Below, piece by piece: positions 61,184 to 64,000 of a DNA stretch of 64,000 nt. The notes beneath the pieces are model-generated. The model saw nothing but the letters and a program-made list of their open reading frames with translations. It did not search any database and had not been told where the DNA came from. The DNA lies in contig CBDDPY010000002.1 in NCBI GenBank assembly GCA_965232515.1, positions 608,001 through 672,000 of the forward strand, read 5' to 3'. The stretch is from Alphaproteobacteria bacterium (lineage in GTDB: Bacteria > Pseudomonadota > Alphaproteobacteria > GCA-2731375). A program made the translations under genes and the position numbers. The stretch's first letter is position 1. The number at the start of each line of letters is the position of its first letter.

Positions 61184-61741
61184 ATGGCGCGTAACGACAT
61201 GCGTGATCGCGATCGCGGCGAGAGCGAGTATTTCGACAAGCTGGTCCACATCAACCGGGTCGCCAAGGTTGTGAAGGGCGGCCGGCGGTTCGGTTTCTCG
61301 GCGCTGGTGGTAGTCGGCGATCAGAAAGGGCGCGTCGGCTACGGCCACGGCAAGGCCCGCGAGGTGCCCGAGGCGATCCGCAAGGCAACGGAGTCGGCGA
61401 AGCGGACGCTCGTCCGGGTGCCGCTGCGCGAGGGACGGACCCTGCATCACGACTGCCAGGGCCGGCACGGCGCCGGCAAGGTCGTTCTGCGCGCCGCACC
61501 GCCCGGCACTGGCATCATCGCCGGCGGACCGATGCGCGCCGTTTTCGAATGCCTCGGCGTCCAGGACGTGGTGACCAAGTCGATCGGTTCATCGAACCCT
61601 TACAACATGATTCACGCCACATTCCAGGCGCTGCAGACGCAGGCCTCGCCCCGCATGATCGCGGCGAAGCGTGGCAAGAAGGTCAGCGACATCGTCGGCC
61701 GCCGTCGCAGCGATGCCGGCGCTGAGCCGGTTGAGGCTTAG
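61184..61741 (+). CDS. rpsE: 30S ribosomal protein S5
   Basis: [17 protein letters not shown]. Confidence 0.99.
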   Translation: MARNDMRDRDRGESEYFDKLVHINRVAKVVKGGRRFGFSALVVVGDQKGRVGYGHGKAREVPEAIRKATESAKRTLVRVPLREGRTLHHDCQGRHGAGKVVLRAAPPGTGIIAGGPMRAVFECLGVQDVVTKSIGSSNPYNMIHATFQALQTQASPRMIAAKRGKKVSDIVGRRRSDAGAEPVEA

Positions 61742-61751
61742 GAGCCGCATA

Positions 61752-61943
61752 ATGGCGACAAAGAACACCGTGACCGTGACCCAGATCCGCAGCCCGATCG
61801 GGCGGCCGAAGGATCAGCGTCAGACGCTGATCGGACTGGGCCTGAACAAGATCAACCGCCGCCGCACGTTGGAAGACACCCCGTCGGTGCGGGGCATGAT
61901 CCGCAAAGTGAGCCATCTGGTGCGGGTCGAGGACGCCGGCTGA
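61752..61943 (+). CDS. rpmD: 50S ribosomal protein L30
   Basis: RSPIG, LGL.KI, RGMI.KV.HL. Confidence 0.97.
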   Translation: MATKNTVTVTQIRSPIGRPKDQRQTLIGLGLNKINRRRTLEDTPSVRGMIRKVSHLVRVEDAG

Positions 61944-61975
61944 CCCGGTGTGTTTGTGAACGGGATTATCGAGAT

Positions 61976-62485
61976 ATGAGACTGAACGAGCTATCCAGCA
62001 AACCCGGCGCCCGGAAGAAGGCCAAGCGCGTCGGCCGCGGTCCCGGTTCGGGTCTCGGAAAGACATCGGGCCGTGGGCAAAAAGGCCAGAAATCTCGATC
62101 CGGCGTATCCATCAAGGGCTTCGAAGGCGGTCAAATGCCGCTGCATCGGCGGCTGCCGAAGCGCGGTTTCAACAATATCTTCGCCAAGCGGTTCGAGGTC
62201 GTGAACTTGGATCGGCTGCAGGCCGCGATTGACGCGGGCAAACTGGATGCCGGCAAGCCGATTTCGGCCACGGAGCTGCAGGCCGCGGGCCTGTTCCGTC
62301 GCCCTCACGATGGCGTGCGGTTGCTTGCAAAAGGCGCCTTGAAGGCAAAGATCGATATTACGGTGGCCGGCGCCTCCAAAGCGGCTGTCGCGGCCGTTGA
62401 AGGAGCCGGCGGCAAGGTGACGATCGTCGCGCCGGCGCCGAAGGCCGCCGAAGCCGACGCTTCACCGGCACCGGACGCGAGCTAA
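61976..62485 (+). CDS. rplO: 50S ribosomal protein L15
   Basis: [17 protein letters not shown]. Confidence 0.99.
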   Translation: MRLNELSSKPGARKKAKRVGRGPGSGLGKTSGRGQKGQKSRSGVSIKGFEGGQMPLHRRLPKRGFNNIFAKRFEVVNLDRLQAAIDAGKLDAGKPISATELQAAGLFRRPHDGVRLLAKGALKAKIDITVAGASKAAVAAVEGAGGKVTIVAPAPKAAEADASPAPDAS

Positions 62486-62512
62486 GGACCTCGGGCGCAC
62501 GAGAGGATCGCC

Positions 62513-64000
<1,488 letters not shown>

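Overview
High-GC alphaproteobacterial chromosome segment (Rhodospirillales-like by ribosomal protein and RNAP sequence style; this placement is inference). The right half (34.8-64 kb) is the intact core translation/transcription supercluster: tRNA-Tyr/Gly, tuf, tRNA-Trp, secE-nusG-rplKAJL-rpoBC, rpsLG-fusA-tuf, the S10 and spc operons, secY and a partial adk. The left half (1-34.7 kb) is accessory or housekeeping: a PEP-CTERM tail, hydrolases, a solute-binding protein plus hybrid histidine kinase, a complete but divergently split yjfIJ/K+ channel/yjfKLM/yjfC (PspA-glutathionylspermidine-synthase-like) system, an AraC-molybdoenzyme-acyl-CoA synthetase unit, a SAM-cyclase-STAND protein, tRNA-Thr and a cytochrome P460-family protein. 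The best candidate for an undescribed system is a translationally coupled four-gene lipid cassette (22986-26966): ACP, a CFA-synthase-like methyltransferase with a non-canonical active site, a fatty acyl-AMP ligase and a bacterial ceramide-synthase-like GNAT. Several non-coding signals also stand out: an operator-like inverted repeat around the yjfI promoter, two perfect CtrA boxes (one upstream of rpoB), a C-rich sRNA-like 3' UTR, and a C-rich, codon-atypical patch inside fusA. I saw no CRISPR array, integrase, transposase or rRNA. All family assignments come from motif recognition by eye, not database searches.
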